A stretch of DNA of 63,042 bases, counting the filler, from Neolecta irregularis DAH-3 (Eukaryota), in assembly GCA_001929475.1 (NCBI GenBank). It is 7 parts of 7 records of this genome, joined end to end, with 100 filler letters (N's around TTAATTAATTAA, not from the genome) between each part and the next. Parts side by side here need not be neighbours in the genome. Positions count along the whole stretch, not along the records: positions 33,734 to 56,782 come from LXFE01000418.1; 6 more parts are not named here. One strand, given 5' to 3'. The notes beneath the pieces are model-generated. The model was not told the origin of the DNA and did no database searches. It was given only the letters and a program-made list of their open reading frames with translations. How positions within the stretch are numbered: position 1 is the stretch's first letter; each line of letters starts with the position of its first letter. This document shows positions 36,970 to 49,911 of this stretch, one piece after another. A program made the position numbers and the translations under genes.

Positions 36970-37167
36970 CGAAACAAATTGCATGATTGAGTAAGGGGTT
37001 GAGTGTTATGACGAAGTCGGATGTTTATGAAAATCATTTTGGGGAGGGGAGATACGCTGATAGCTCATTCTATTTGAAATGTTGTACAAGTATGATATTT
37101 ATGCTGTATGAGCACTTTGTTCAATAGCATGGAGTTGAGTTTCAAGCGACCCCCGTACAACATCGTG

Positions 37168-37591
37168 ATGTCCTTAGAAAAGACACAAAATGAAGATGGG
37201 CCAAAATACGTCAGGCTAGTCTCCTCGGATAACCACACTTTCATTATTGAGCGATCCGCTGCAATGGTCTCGGGAACGCTGAAAGGCATGCTTGCAAGTG
37301 GTATGATATTCAAAATGAAATTTACTTTTTCATTTTCCAGGAAACTTTGTGGAAGGAGATCAAAACGTGGCTACCTTGAACAATATCAGGTATGCATTTG
37401 CCTAGAATCGGGGAATTCTATGTTTAACGCAAAGAGCGGAACTTCTTGAAAAGGTATGCGATTACCTTTACTACCACGTAAAGTACAAAGAACACGTGGA
37501 ACGTCCTGATTTCGATATTCCACCACATATGGCGTTGGAGCTTTTGGTAGCAGCTGATTTTCTGGACAGTACTGTTCCTGATTATACATAG
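37168..37591 (+). CDS. ELC1: Elongin C
   Basis: YVRLVSSDNHTFII..A.VSGT, LEKVCDYLYY and FDIPPHMALELLVAADFLD; the exact 3' end is uncertain. Confidence 0.93.
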
Positions 37592-37653
37592 TACTGATAT
37601 GAAAGCATGACTTTTGGAAGATTCTTTTTCCATACAATATACGAGCGCAATTA

Positions 37654-39017
37654 TTATGTTTTTCCCTTTCCTTTGGTTCTCTGAGCTTTTACCCTTGCCT
37701 TGCCCTTGGATTTCTTTGGCCCACCTTCCCAGATCTTTTCATCGGAAAAGGAGATGTCGTTAAATCGAAGAAAACTTGTCAATCCGGAATCTACAACTGC
37801 CAAAATTACATTTCTGGATCCAGACTTGAGTCGACCAAAAGGATTGTTGCTCTGTATCTTGTCGAGTGGTATTTCATCGAATAGATTGGACAGTTGTTGA
37901 AGATTAGGAACACACTGAGTTATTGCACTTGCTTATTAAAATATTCGAGGAATGGGGGCATACTCCACTACCGCGATGCGGAAGTCTGGTGGACCTGGGG
38001 CAGTCTTCTTGAAATTTGAATCAGGCTTCCAAACATTGTAGGTTATCCGCAAAGAAGGTTCAGTTGATGGAGAAAGGCTAGGTAAAATCTTGTTTGAATG
38101 GCTAGGTATTATTTGGAGTTTTTTGAATATTTCAGCTCGTAACAATTAGCTGATGCAATATGACGCAAACACAAACCATATGTGTGATATACGCCAGGAG
38201 GCACCAACGGACCATTACTTATGAGGTTGATCTCCTTGGCAAGGAATCGCATGTATAAGAATGAAAAGAGACCTCTCGTCCAGACCCCGATCGTCGAGAA
38301 TATACTTCTTCCGAGAGGATCAACTTTCCTGGCAACTACAACATTAATATAAAAAAGAGATTTCAAACTGACCGGAGCAGTTGAATGTATCAGCTCTGCG
38401 AACATGATATCCACCTCGTTTTAGATAGGAATAGACCTACAGTTGGTATTTGGGAGAAATGTTTGATACTTGATATCTTTCTGCACCACACCCGTCCATA
38501 CAGGCAGCATAAACCGCCTGCAAGCTCATTGGCATTCCTTCTTGGTACCAACACTCCAAACTACCTCGTTCAACGAGGAATATGGTTTCTTCAGGAAGAA
38601 GCCACGTTGAATCCCGTGTAGCCTTACCAACACTTTTAAAATGAATACCTTTTGCTTGTAACACTTGAGCCATTCCCCTGTCAGCATACCACGTTGCTTC
38701 GCAGTGAGATTTACTCCAGGTCAGAGACTGTAAACCCCACAGAGTACGCTGCATGTTTCCGCTCAAGACAAAGAGCCGCGTACATGGCTTGTCGGCTTTC
38801 TTTAAGCATATTATTTTGGTAATCAGTTCCATCTGGCTCAAAGTCTTTCTCTCCACGGCGCGGTAAGGTTGCATTATTTCTACTTGGTTTACTGCAAAAG
38901 ACTCATCGAAAATTACCTTGTAAGTTGAGCAAGAAATCGAAAGTCCTGCTGTTCGTCCCCCAATTCTACAACTTCGTTTTCGTAGGTTGCAGATGTAGTT
39001 TCGTGATCAGCAACCAT
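37654..39017 (-). CDS. SEN54: tRNA-splicing endonuclease subunit Sen54
   Basis: DEQQDFRFL, KGIHFKSVG, WLLPEETIFLVERGSL, YNVWKPDSNFKKTAPGPPDFRIAVV and AVVDSGLTSFLR. Confidence 0.93.
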
Positions 39018-39105
39018 TCCCTGAGAGGACACCAATTTATGGTGTGGATGATCAAATTTGAGTCATTCGCGTTTGAATAATTTTTCTCGCGTTCACGTAC
39101 ACAAA

Positions 39106-41114
39106 ATGTCGATGCCCAAGGAAGTGCCTACTGTTGGCTCTGGATCAGAAGATGTATAAGCATTTACTTCCAAAATATCACAAACTAAAGAAATAGGTTC
39201 ATAAGATTTTTGATACTGTGCTCATCCTTGATTTTGGGTTCTTATCGATATCTTCGCAAAGTCGCTTATCATAAACAGATCACAGTATAGTCATTTGATC
39301 ACCCGACGGCTCAGAGAACTCAATGTCTATGCTGAAATGCTTCCTTGTACCCAGAAAATCCCAGAGCTGGACTGGCTTCCAAAAGGTTCGCTTCGACTCA
39401 ACAATTTTTGATCTTGGCCTCATGGCTTAGGAATTATATTCTCTGGTGGCCCTTATTCCGTATACGCAGACGGATCACCCCATGTAGACCCAAGCATCTT
39501 TGAGCTTGGCATTCCAATCCTAGGTATTTGTTATGGGCTTCAAGTACAATCAGTTGTGAAACAACTATTGATTCATTCCAGGAAATCGCTTGGCACAATG
39601 GTAGAGGTGTCAGTGGCGGAGACAAACGAGAGTATGGTCATGCGGATCTTCATGTCATCAGGCACGAAAACAACCCCGGTATCGACAGACTGTTTAGCGG
39701 AATGACGGGTCAAATTCAAGTTTGGATGTCTCATGGTGACATGCTTTCTGGTTTACCACCCAACTTTGTTACCATTGCATCCACGACAAATTCCCCATTC
39801 GCTGCAATTGCACATGAATCAAAACCGCTGTTTGGCATTCAGTTTCATCCTGAAGTTACTCACAGCCCGCGAGGAGCAGAGATTATTAAACACTTTGCCG
39901 TCGACATATGTAAATGCAAACAGGACTGGACAATGGAGAAATTTATCAACAAGGAAATTGAGAGAATAAGAAATGTTGTTGGAGAAACCGGCAAAGTCAT
40001 TGGAGCAATCAGTGGTGGTGTAGATTCTACGGTCGCGGCAAAACTTATGCACCATGCCATCGGTGATAGGTATTTTCTTTTATTGTAATTTAACTAATAG
40101 CAAGGTTTCACGGTATTCTTGTAGATAATGGCTGTCTTCGGCTCAACGAAGCTAAGAAATGTCATGAGATGCTTACCAAAAACCTCGGCGTTAATCTCGA
40201 GGTCGTGGATGCCTCTGAGGAATTCCTGTCAAAACTGAAAGGGGTGACCGATCCAGAGAAGAAACGGAAAGTCATTGGAAATACTTTTATTAATGTCTTT
40301 GAAAGAAAAGCGCTTGAGATTACTGAGGAGAGTGGTATTCATATTGATTTCCTCTTACAAGGAACTTTATATCCGGATGTTATTGAAAGTATCAGTTTCA
40401 AAGGTCCAAGCCAGACAATCAAAACACACCACGCAAGCTGACCCATTCTTTGCAATTCTTACCTTCTAGAATGTCGGCGGGCTTCTTAAAGATATGAAGC
40501 TGAAGTTGATTGAACCACTGAGAGAGCTATTCAAAGGTGTTATCCTTACTAGCATAAATTAATCCTTTAGATGAAGTGCGAGCCCTTGGGACACTTCTAG
40601 GAATCAAGGAGGAACTAGTTTGGAGACACCCATTCCCTGGTCCTGGCATCGCTATTCGGGTACTGGGAGAAGTCACCGCGGAACAAGTGGACATTGCTCG
40701 AAGGGCAGACAATATATTCATTGAAGAAATTCGAAATGCCGGCATCTATCGAGAGATCAGTCAAGCTTTTGCGGCATTGTTGCCAGTGCGGGCGGTTGGA
40801 GTGATGGGTGATCAACGGTATGAACACTATCTGAAAACCGAATAACTCTCCAGAACCTACGAACAAGTCATTGCATTGCGAGCTGTGACTACTGTCGACT
40901 TTATGACAGCTGATTGGTTCATCTTTGGTTTTGGCAAATGTTGATGATATCAGGTATGACTTTGATGGCAAGTTTCTACGAAAGGTCAGCTCACGAATAA
41001 TCAACGAGGTTAAAGGAGTTAATCGGGTTGTTTACGATGTTTCCACGAAGCCGCCTGCAACTGTAGAGGTGATTGCTAACTCCTCTCTTACAATTAACGT
41101 TTAAGTGGGAATAA
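39106..41114 (+). CDS. GUA1: GMP synthase (glutamine-hydrolysing)
   Basis: [63 protein letters not shown] and KPPATVEWE. Confidence 0.98.
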
Positions 41115-41627
41115 AACCCTAACGAGAGCTATGAAAATGTATATAGATGAGGATTTCCCCTGTTGCATGATTGGTTGTAAGTCGTAACACTGGTCACTGA
41201 GTTTCCTTGTAAAACATAAAACTATTTCATTATTATTGATCACACTGCACCTGCTCTTTCGCATGGATATAAGCCGTCGTGCTGTGCTCAAGTATATTCC
41301 AAACATCCTTTCTCGCAACGTTCACTGCTCTAGATCGACAAGGAATTGCAACAAGATCAGGAATATCCCAGGAAAAAAGACAGCCAACAATTCATAGAGC
41401 GGTGAATGATAATGTACATTTAAATTGCTACAAATTATTGAGCAAGCTCAAATCACTGTTTGTGTTATCTGACTGGTGTCCTTTAATAATCGTGACATGT
41501 TTGCAAATACCGCGGTTCCGTCTATCCATGTTCGCCTCGAACCTCACTTCGGCGTCCCGTTCGACCATTGCCATTTGGATCTTTTAGGACTTATAAATAC
41601 CATTCGGTAGTTGGGGAAATTTATATT

Positions 41628-44600
41628 ATGGGAGCCTCGTTATCGTCATTAAACTCCGCTGCAACCACAGCAACCATTGATTCATATGTTGCCGAAATTG
41701 GAGATATGCATTATGAGCGGAGGTCCCGTAGAACCCTGATGAGTTTCTGAACAGCTAGTTTAGGGTCGGCGAGATTCATAAAGACGATTAGAGCAAAGCA
41801 TAAAGATGGTCCGGTAGTAATCAAGATCTTTATTAAACCCCAACAAGTTTATTCACTGGCAGATATTATCGGTGGTATTGAACGTATGCCCAGAACCCAA
41901 AGCTTGGTGCTGATCTCAGGTGAGAATAATGTTCTGGTTCAAGTCTTTAACGCTTTCCCTCCTTCCCGAATACTCGAAACGGACAAAGCCATATATGCTG
42001 TTCGGCAACACTTTTATAGCAGTCTTTACGATCGTATCAGGTACCCGAAATGCTCTTCAGGCCTAACTATATGTTAGCACACGGCCATTTCTAGAAACCA
42101 TTGAGAAAAAATGGATTACATTCCAGTTACTATGTGGTTTGAGGGATTGTCACGAAAAGAATGTATGACTCTTCAAGAAGATATCAATTCACATTCAGGT
42201 TAGACACGGAGATCTTAAAACTGAGAACGTTCTCGTGACAAGTTGGAATTGGATTTATATCGTTGATTTCGCATTCTTCAAGCCAACTTTCTTGCCAGAA
42301 GACAACCCTGCAGATTTTTCCTTCTTTTTCGATACTTCTTTGCGGAGGGCCTGTTATATTGCACCGGAACGGTTTCTTGCGACAGGAGACCGGAGGGATG
42401 GAGAGTTGACTGATGCCATGGATATCTTCAGTTTGGGGTATTCTCCTTTGCTTCTATGTAGTGTCAACCACTTTCTAGGTGCGTAATAGCAGAGCTCTAC
42501 CTTGAAGGAACTCCACTATTTACATACTCACAACTTCTCCAATACAGAAGTGGTGCGTATGATCCTTTGATATACCTCGAAAAGATTGAAGACCATAGTA
42601 TAAAGGTACTATTTTTGCGGCATGTCTCTTTCATCTCACAACCAGAGTCTCATCAAGCATATGATTCAGCTAGATCATACACAGAGGTTTTCCGCAGAGA
42701 CTTATCTCTCCAAATGGCATGTGTCTTCTTAGTCTTTCCTTAGCTTATAATAGGAATATGTTAGCATGGCCGGATTATTTTGGATCTTTTCTACATCAAT
42801 ACATTGGGGCCATCACTGAGTCATCTGTTAAACATATAATCAACACATCTGCCCCAAACAAACATATCGAGGCTGACAATCGCCTTGACAGAGTTTTTCA
42901 TGATCTTGATAAGATATGCTATCTTTTCAATATAAGACCAGACACATCGCCGAAGAGACGTCGGTCAAGCACACTAACCAGTATTCTTGAGCCGGCACCC
43001 CGGCCAACTCGACATAATTCTAGCCTTTTCGATGACGGTGTCTTGATTATTTTATCACTCGTCACATCAGCTGTACGAAATACAACACGTCCAAGTCCCC
43101 GAGTGAGAGGGTGTAACATCATCTCAATTTTGAGTGAACGGATGACCGACGAAGCCAAACTTGATAGATGTCTGCCATATTTGATGGCTCTCCTTGGGGA
43201 TGATGTTCCTATAGTCAGAGGAACTGCTTTGCATACAATAACACAAATGGTATATATCACGAAGGAAAATGCACGATATCTAATTCTCGCAGCTTTCTTC
43301 AATTACTATGTTATCACCAATTAATGCCTTTGTCATTCCCGAATATGTGCTTCCGCGAATGGATAAATTCACTCGAGACCAAGAACCATGGGTTAGGGCT
43401 TGTTATGCTTCCTGCATCTCTAGACTTGCTGAGACTGCCACGCGATTCTTGGACGTGGCACAAGCTCTTCGAGCTGAAGGAACCCTCACCTCTGGCGATC
43501 CAGAGTCCGATGATGGCTTCTCTGTTGACGGAGCATTTGCCAGTTTTTATGATCTAGGCAAGCATGATCTTCAAGAAATTTTCGAAGAGCATGTTTTAAT
43601 TATGTTGACAGATTCGGATCCTTCTGTCAAAAGGGCTTTGCTAGGCTCGATGTCTTCATTGTGCGTATTCTTTGGGCAAGAGAAAGCAAGTGATGTACTG
43701 CTGAGCCATTTAATCACTTATCTGAACGACGGCGACTGGATGTTACGGTATGCATTTTTCCAGAGCGTTTCAGCTATTGGTACATTTGTCGGAGATCGTG
43801 GTCTTGAAGATTATATTATGCCATTAATGGGTCAAGCTTTGACTGGTAGGTAAATATTTTACAGTCTTTGACGAATCAGACTCTGAGGAAACGGTTGTGG
43901 AGAAAGTCATACAGGCGCTGGCGTCAATGACCGAGATGGGCTTGTTTCAAAAGACCAAACTGTGGACAATTGTAAATTCTATCACTCAACTTACTTTGCA
44001 TCCGAATTTTTCAATCAGAAAAGGTGCTGATTGATCCCACAGGAGTTGCTAAAATGCTAGCCGCCATTTCATTCCTGGTATCTGCCGCATCAAGATCAAC
44101 TCTTGCAGACTTATACTGCATTTTCTACCCAATAATACAGAAATGGCTTAAATCAGAAGTTGCAGATGTTACTGAATTGAGTCTATTCGAGAGTTTGCAA
44201 GAGCCGGTTTGAAAATCTGCCTGGAAACTATTGAAATGTTAGCTGCCAAGACCGGTCTTTGATATGGCTCTGTCATGGGCATCAAAACCGCAAGAAAGTT
44301 CTTTTTGGGGTTCCGGAACAGATCCCACAAAAAAACAATCCCCAACTTCGCTCCGCAGTTACTGTTCAGTATTTCCATCCAAAACAGATGGAACGGGTTC
44401 CCGGGATAAATCTGAGGAGTCTGTTGACTATATTTCTTCGTTGACCATTCCAGGGATGCAAAGTGGTGGACCAAATTAAACGGTCTCGGACTCCTTGAAG
44501 TGGATAAATGGAAAATCGAGAATACAAGAGACTACCTGAAACGTGTCGCTGCTCGAAAACAAACGTATGGTCACGTTTTGTTGATGATGCTCTAATTTAC

Positions 44601-46834
44601 ATAGTAGCAAATCAAGAGCAGACAGCAATTCTGGTAAAGAACCGCCGTTGGACGGTCGAACAATTGATTTTAATTCTCTTGGGATACAGCCTCGTACTGT
44701 TTTCTTCAACTCGATTGGTGACCGTAACGATATTGAAGTTGAAAATTTATCTGCAGCGAAAACTCTTTTGGCTCTAACTGGTGGAGTGGATATTGACAAG
44801 CCTGTTAACAGAGTTACCTCCTTCTTCAGCCTGAATAACTCACCGAGAACCATATTAAAGGGATTGTCGCCGACGTCAACTCCACCCAAAGTTCCTCCAT
44901 CGATTATCGATTCTAGCCCTTATAATCCCGGATTCTTACCTCTGAACAAGCCCGATGTATTATCCTCTCGGAAGCAATCCTTTGGATCACAACGTTCGAT
45001 ACGGACGTCTTCGATGCCACTTACGGAGGAACGTCCAAAAGGACTTTTGTCTCAAGGCTCGCGGGCGTCAAGCTATGAGGGCAAACGCCAGAACGTCCAC
45101 TTATTGACAAAACCGAGCATCGCTAATCTTACCCAACCATTAAGCGTAGGTACTATTCGTGCGCTTCCTGAAACCTTCACGAACGTGGAAAATGCCCATG
45201 GGATTTTGGAACGTTTGCCCGATAAGGCAAGCAGCTTCAAAGATTCAGACACCGGCGAACCGCCCGAAAAACAAAAATCAATGCAAGAATTCCATACATA
45301 CGGTATCTGTGCTATCTTTGAAACCATTTGACAAGGTCAGAAGGGAATGATCCTAATATTCTCAAATTACTGGATAACGTTTTCGTGGAAAATTATCCGA
45401 CAGGAATGGAAATATTTGGTTCGAGAATCGTGCCATCGAGGCGTCATCAGCCGCTCAAGAAAAATAATGATCGTTATCCACATCAATCGACATGGCAACC
45501 AGACGGTTCACTAATTGCCCATATAGCCGAACATACAGCTGCTGTAAACCGTATTTCCGTTTCACCTGATCATGCTTTCTTCATCACTGCATCTGACGAT
45601 GGCTCTGTTCGGGTTTGGGATACCTTTCGTCTTGAAAAGAGTGCTGCTAATAAATCCCGTTTGGTGCATAAACATGCTACTGGTTCAAAAGTCAAGGCAC
45701 TTTGTATGATTGAAGAGACGCATTGCTTTGCAAGTGCCTCTAATGATGGGGTTGTGAATGTAGTAAAAGTACGGGTATCGCTGGGTAATGGACTTCCCAA
45801 ATATTCAAAATTGGAGATTATCCGACATCACGAACTCCCTGAAGGCGAGCATTGTGTTTATATGGAGAGCTATAAGCTTGGTATACAATCTTTATGAAGT
45901 CAAGGCCAATTTTTTAGAACAGAATATGGTATTGGTAATGGCCACTAATCGATCTCGTATAATCGCTCTCGACATGGTTAATCTCAGTATGTTGTGGACA
46001 TTCCAAAATCCGTTGCAGCATGGGTCCATTAGTTGTTTCTGCATGGATCGCAAGAAAACCTGGATACTGATTGGAACATCCCGCGGCATTTTGGATTTGT
46101 GGGATCTGCGTTTCCTTCTTCGACTCAAGTCCTGGGCAATTCCGGGGCATTCAAGTATACATCAAATTGGGTTACAGCCAGTCAGAGGTCACGGAAGATG
46201 GGTATGCATTGCGGGAGGTACCGGCTCGGGCGAAATTACAGTGTGGGATATTGAGAAGACTCAGTGTCGAGAAGTTTATCGAACTGGGGGAGGGAAAGAT
46301 TCTGGGAAAGGATATGAAGCGATTCACATTGACGACGATGAGAATGAAATAGGAAGACGCAGCACTGTATCTCCAACTCTGTCATTCATGACATCTAACG
46401 AGATCGTTGACAGAGGAATTCGAGCTATTGCCCTTGGAAAGGAGGCGACGAATGATGGGATTTCTAGTCGAAACGTCGGCGCGCATTTAATTACAGGCGG
46501 TACAGATCGGAAAATTCGCTTTTGGAATATGCTTAAAATTGATCAGTCATCCATTATTAGTGGCCTTGGTCTCGAAGAGCCAAAACCGACATATAACAAT
46601 ACACAACTAACGACTCATTTAACTTTAAATAAGGAACAGATAGCACTACCCGCTGCACAAAGTCGGCCCGGGAAAAAGCGGGTCTCGAAGCCGAGGTCGA
46701 GTGTTATTTCTGCGCAACAACACCGTCTTTTATCTCAACACCTGGATGCAATAACAGATATTGCTATAATCGAGTCTCCTTTTGGGATGGTGGTATCTGT
46801 GGACCGGTCTGGAGTAATCAAAGTTTTTGCTTAA
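41628..46834 (+). CDS. VPS15: Vps15/PIK3R4 (kinase, HEAT and WD40 domains)
   Basis: Myristoylation-type MG start, [64 protein letters not shown] and C-terminal WD40 repeats. Confidence 0.97.
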
Positions 46835-47155
46835 CTTGTTTATTGATATCTTTTTGAATTACGTCAATTTCTAACTAGGTACATTCCGCAAGAATAACTT
46901 TTCTCGTCGCATAGATGACATGTATATACAGATAGGTTTCGCGCCTGCTGTTGTAGCCGTGGTTCTCACGCGTTTTTTGAGGCTGGTGGACGTGGAACCG
47001 TGACGGGACAAGTTTAACTCTCCTCACAAACACCCACCCCAAACTAAAATTGTGCACCTCCGAGTCCCCACCCATCCAGATCCAATCATTTTCTGGATGC
47101 CCTGCTGGGTGCTATTGAGAAAATTGACTGTCAATTTCTGTGCTCAGAGCTCAGC

Positions 47156-48355
47156 ATGAAAAACGACTGTTCACGTCCCTGTTCCGCGGTTTACATCGAC
47201 TTTCCAAGTGTAGCATCCCAGTCTACTTACACACCTGGTACCCAATTCAGCCTCGACAGTAACCCTGCCTCGCACGCATCTTCTCCTTCGGAACTTTCCA
47301 TTGCTAGTACTGCACCTTCGCCAAACGGCACAAAGTTGTCGAGCAAACGCAAAGCAAAACTCTCGGACACGGATCGGAAGAATATTTGCCTGAAATACCT
47401 GGAAAACCCCAGCATGAAACAAGACGATATTGCAAAACTATTTGGCGTGGAGAGAAGTACAGTCTCCAAAGTTTTGCGGCAAAAGGAAAAATATCTGGCC
47501 ATGGACAGAGAAACCCGCCAAGTGGATGTCGACCACAGAATTCCCGAGCTTGAACGGATGCTGGCGAAATGGGCTCAACGAGTGGTTGCGAGTGGTCAAG
47601 CTATTACTGATTTTATGATTCTTCAACGAGCTAGGGAAACATCTCAAATGGTGCGGATTCCCGAGCCGGATTTTCAGATCGATATGAATTGGTTGCAAAG
47701 CTTCAAAGATCGAGCTGGATTGGTCTCTGTCTTGAGTGCCCAGCCTCACCGGTCATATCAACAACCCATGCATCAGACCAACTTTGACCTTCATGTTGGG
47801 ATGATGCATTACGAGAATCAACAACAACAAGAATCAATGCCCACATCTCAGAGTATGTACAATCTCTCTGTGTTGTCTCAGGGAGCTCCCAATCAACAAT
47901 CGTTTCAACACGAATTTTTCATACCAACGACACAAACACCCTCTCAGAATCCAACACCTATACAACAACAACCACCGCCTTCTCGATGCAGTCCTGTTCG
48001 CCCGCATCGCAGCAAGGAATTTTCCCGAAATCAACAGCATCCATATGCGCAAGCGCTGAGAGGAATAACACGCTCTCACACAACAGGTCGCTTAAACCAG
48101 TTTCAAGTCCCACAATTGGATCCTCCAGCGTCCCTGTCACAAAACGACTCACCAGCACATTCGCCCTCTTTACCCTCCATCGACATCAAAGAAGAAGATG
48201 TTCTCGCCTTTTCACAATTCCTCTCCCCTCTGCCGCTGCCCCAAGATGTTTCTGCTCCTTCTTCCTCTTCTGCTGTACCATCATTAGACGAAGCAATTGC
48301 TGCAATGAAAACAATTATGGTCTTTTTAAACAATCTGAAAACCGGAAAAGTGTAG
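47156..48355 (+). CDS. CENP-B-type double-HTH DNA-binding protein (pogo-transposase-related, no DDE domain)
   Basis: LSDTDRKNIC...KQDDIAKLFGVERSTVSKVL and PELERMLAKW...ITDFMILQRA...WLQSFKDR, followed by a Q/P/S-rich tail. Confidence 0.88.
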   Translation: MKNDCSRPCSAVYIDFPSVASQSTYTPGTQFSLDSNPASHASSPSELSIASTAPSPNGTKLSSKRKAKLSDTDRKNICLKYLENPSMKQDDIAKLFGVERSTVSKVLRQKEKYLAMDRETRQVDVDHRIPELERMLAKWAQRVVASGQAITDFMILQRARETSQMVRIPEPDFQIDMNWLQSFKDRAGLVSVLSAQPHRSYQQPMHQTNFDLHVGMMHYENQQQQESMPTSQSMYNLSVLSQGAPNQQSFQHEFFIPTTQTPSQNPTPIQQQPPPSRCSPVRPHRSKEFSRNQQHPYAQALRGITRSHTTGRLNQFQVPQLDPPASLSQNDSPAHSPSLPSIDIKEEDVLAFSQFLSPLPLPQDVSAPSSSSAVPSLDEAIAAMKTIMVFLNNLKTGKV

Positions 48356-48886
48356 GTTTTTCTTTTTCTTTTTGAGCATATGTGATTTGGAGTGTGGTGC
48401 ATCGAGCTTTCCTTTCTTTTTTTCATCTATTCAATTTGTCAGTGAAAAAACCAAACATTATCTTGCTCCTTTTTATTTTTTCCTTGTTTTTTGTGGTGAC
48501 ATGCATGTTGCTCTGGGTTCTAGTTATTCTTTGTATCTATCCAGTAAATGGTTTATGGTTTATGGATTATTGTTGAGTTGTGAGTGTGTAGTGAATTGCA
48601 CCGGGGGTTTTCATTCTATTGGGTAATTCATTAGAGATATCTTGATTGCTAGAAGATTGAAATGGATATTTTTAGTGCGATCTGCGGGCAAAAGTTTGCT
48701 AGTTGCGAAACGTGGTCGTTTACTTCTCTTGGATTCTACATCATTTGTGTGTCGAGGTAATACCAGCGGCCTTTTGATGTATTTACAAAAGTAAAAAGAA
48801 AATAAAGGATATGTATGGGTGTACGGTGGTCGACGTTTGGAAGACAACTTGAAGGTTCCTTATTAAACTTGTCATAAAACACTACG

Positions 48887-49741
48887 ATGAAGCTTACGCC
48901 CGAGCTGCTGGCCGAGGCTCCTTCCTACATCAATCCCATTAAAGAGAGGGAGCTTTTTCTCCGGTACTCTTCCTCGTGAGCTAGAACAGTTTTAATTAAA
49001 TTTTACCAGAGGCCATAAATTACCCACGATTGAGAATTTAGGTGTTTCTCGGGATACGAATGATTCTATAGATTTCACAGACAATGATATAAGGTACCTG
49101 GGAAATTTCCCCAAATTCCTACGGCTGAAGACGTTACTTCTTTCACGGAACCGGATCACTACTATTGACGCGACACTGGCCAAGTCTGTACCAAATCTGA
49201 GTTGTGTTATTCTTACATCGAATTCGATTGGCGAACTGGCTGATTTGGATATACTGGGAGAGCTGCCGCGATTGGAAGTATTGGCGGTTATGGACAATCC
49301 TGTTGCACAAAAAGAATATTATAGAGAATGGCTTATTTGGCGGTGTCATCACGTTCGTTATTTGGATTTCGTCAAAGTCAAGGATTCTGTATGTCTTCTG
49401 GAGCTGGGCTAGGATCTGATGTATGCAAGGAGCGGAAGCGAGCAAAAGCGCTCTTTGAAGGGAAAAGTGGCGAGCTGACAGATCTTGGGGCGATGATCAA
49501 GGGGCTGAAGACAAGGACGTTTGAGGTGGGCGGGACTGAGAATGGGGAGAAGAGTGCAGGGCCGATGCGGCTCACGGAAGCGGAGCAAAGGCAGATTGAA
49601 GAGGCGATCAAGGTTTGGGCATATCTGTTACATGCGGCTGACGGGCAGAATGCAAAGAGTCTGAACGAAGTTGCGCGGCTGGAGGGGATGTTGCGGGAAG
49701 GGCGAATCCCGCAGGACAAGGATGTGCAGATGGCGGGATAA
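48887..49741 (+). CDS. LEA1: U2 snRNP protein A' (leucine-rich repeat)
   Basis: MKLTPELL..APSYINPIKERELFLRGHKLPTIENLG, IDFTDNDI, LKTLLLSRNRI and NAKSLNEVARLE. Confidence 0.95.
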
Positions 49742-49911
49742 TCTGGTGGTTTGGTATATTGTATTGCAGACACGAGCGGGTTAGCGGCTCGACTCCCCAC
49801 CATTATTGCACCTGTACTTTCGCCGCATATACTCCATCGCAAGTGCGCTTTGGCCGCACATACCCCGTCGCTGCCCTATTTTCCTGTAGACTGCCCCTGT
49901 AGACGGCGTAT

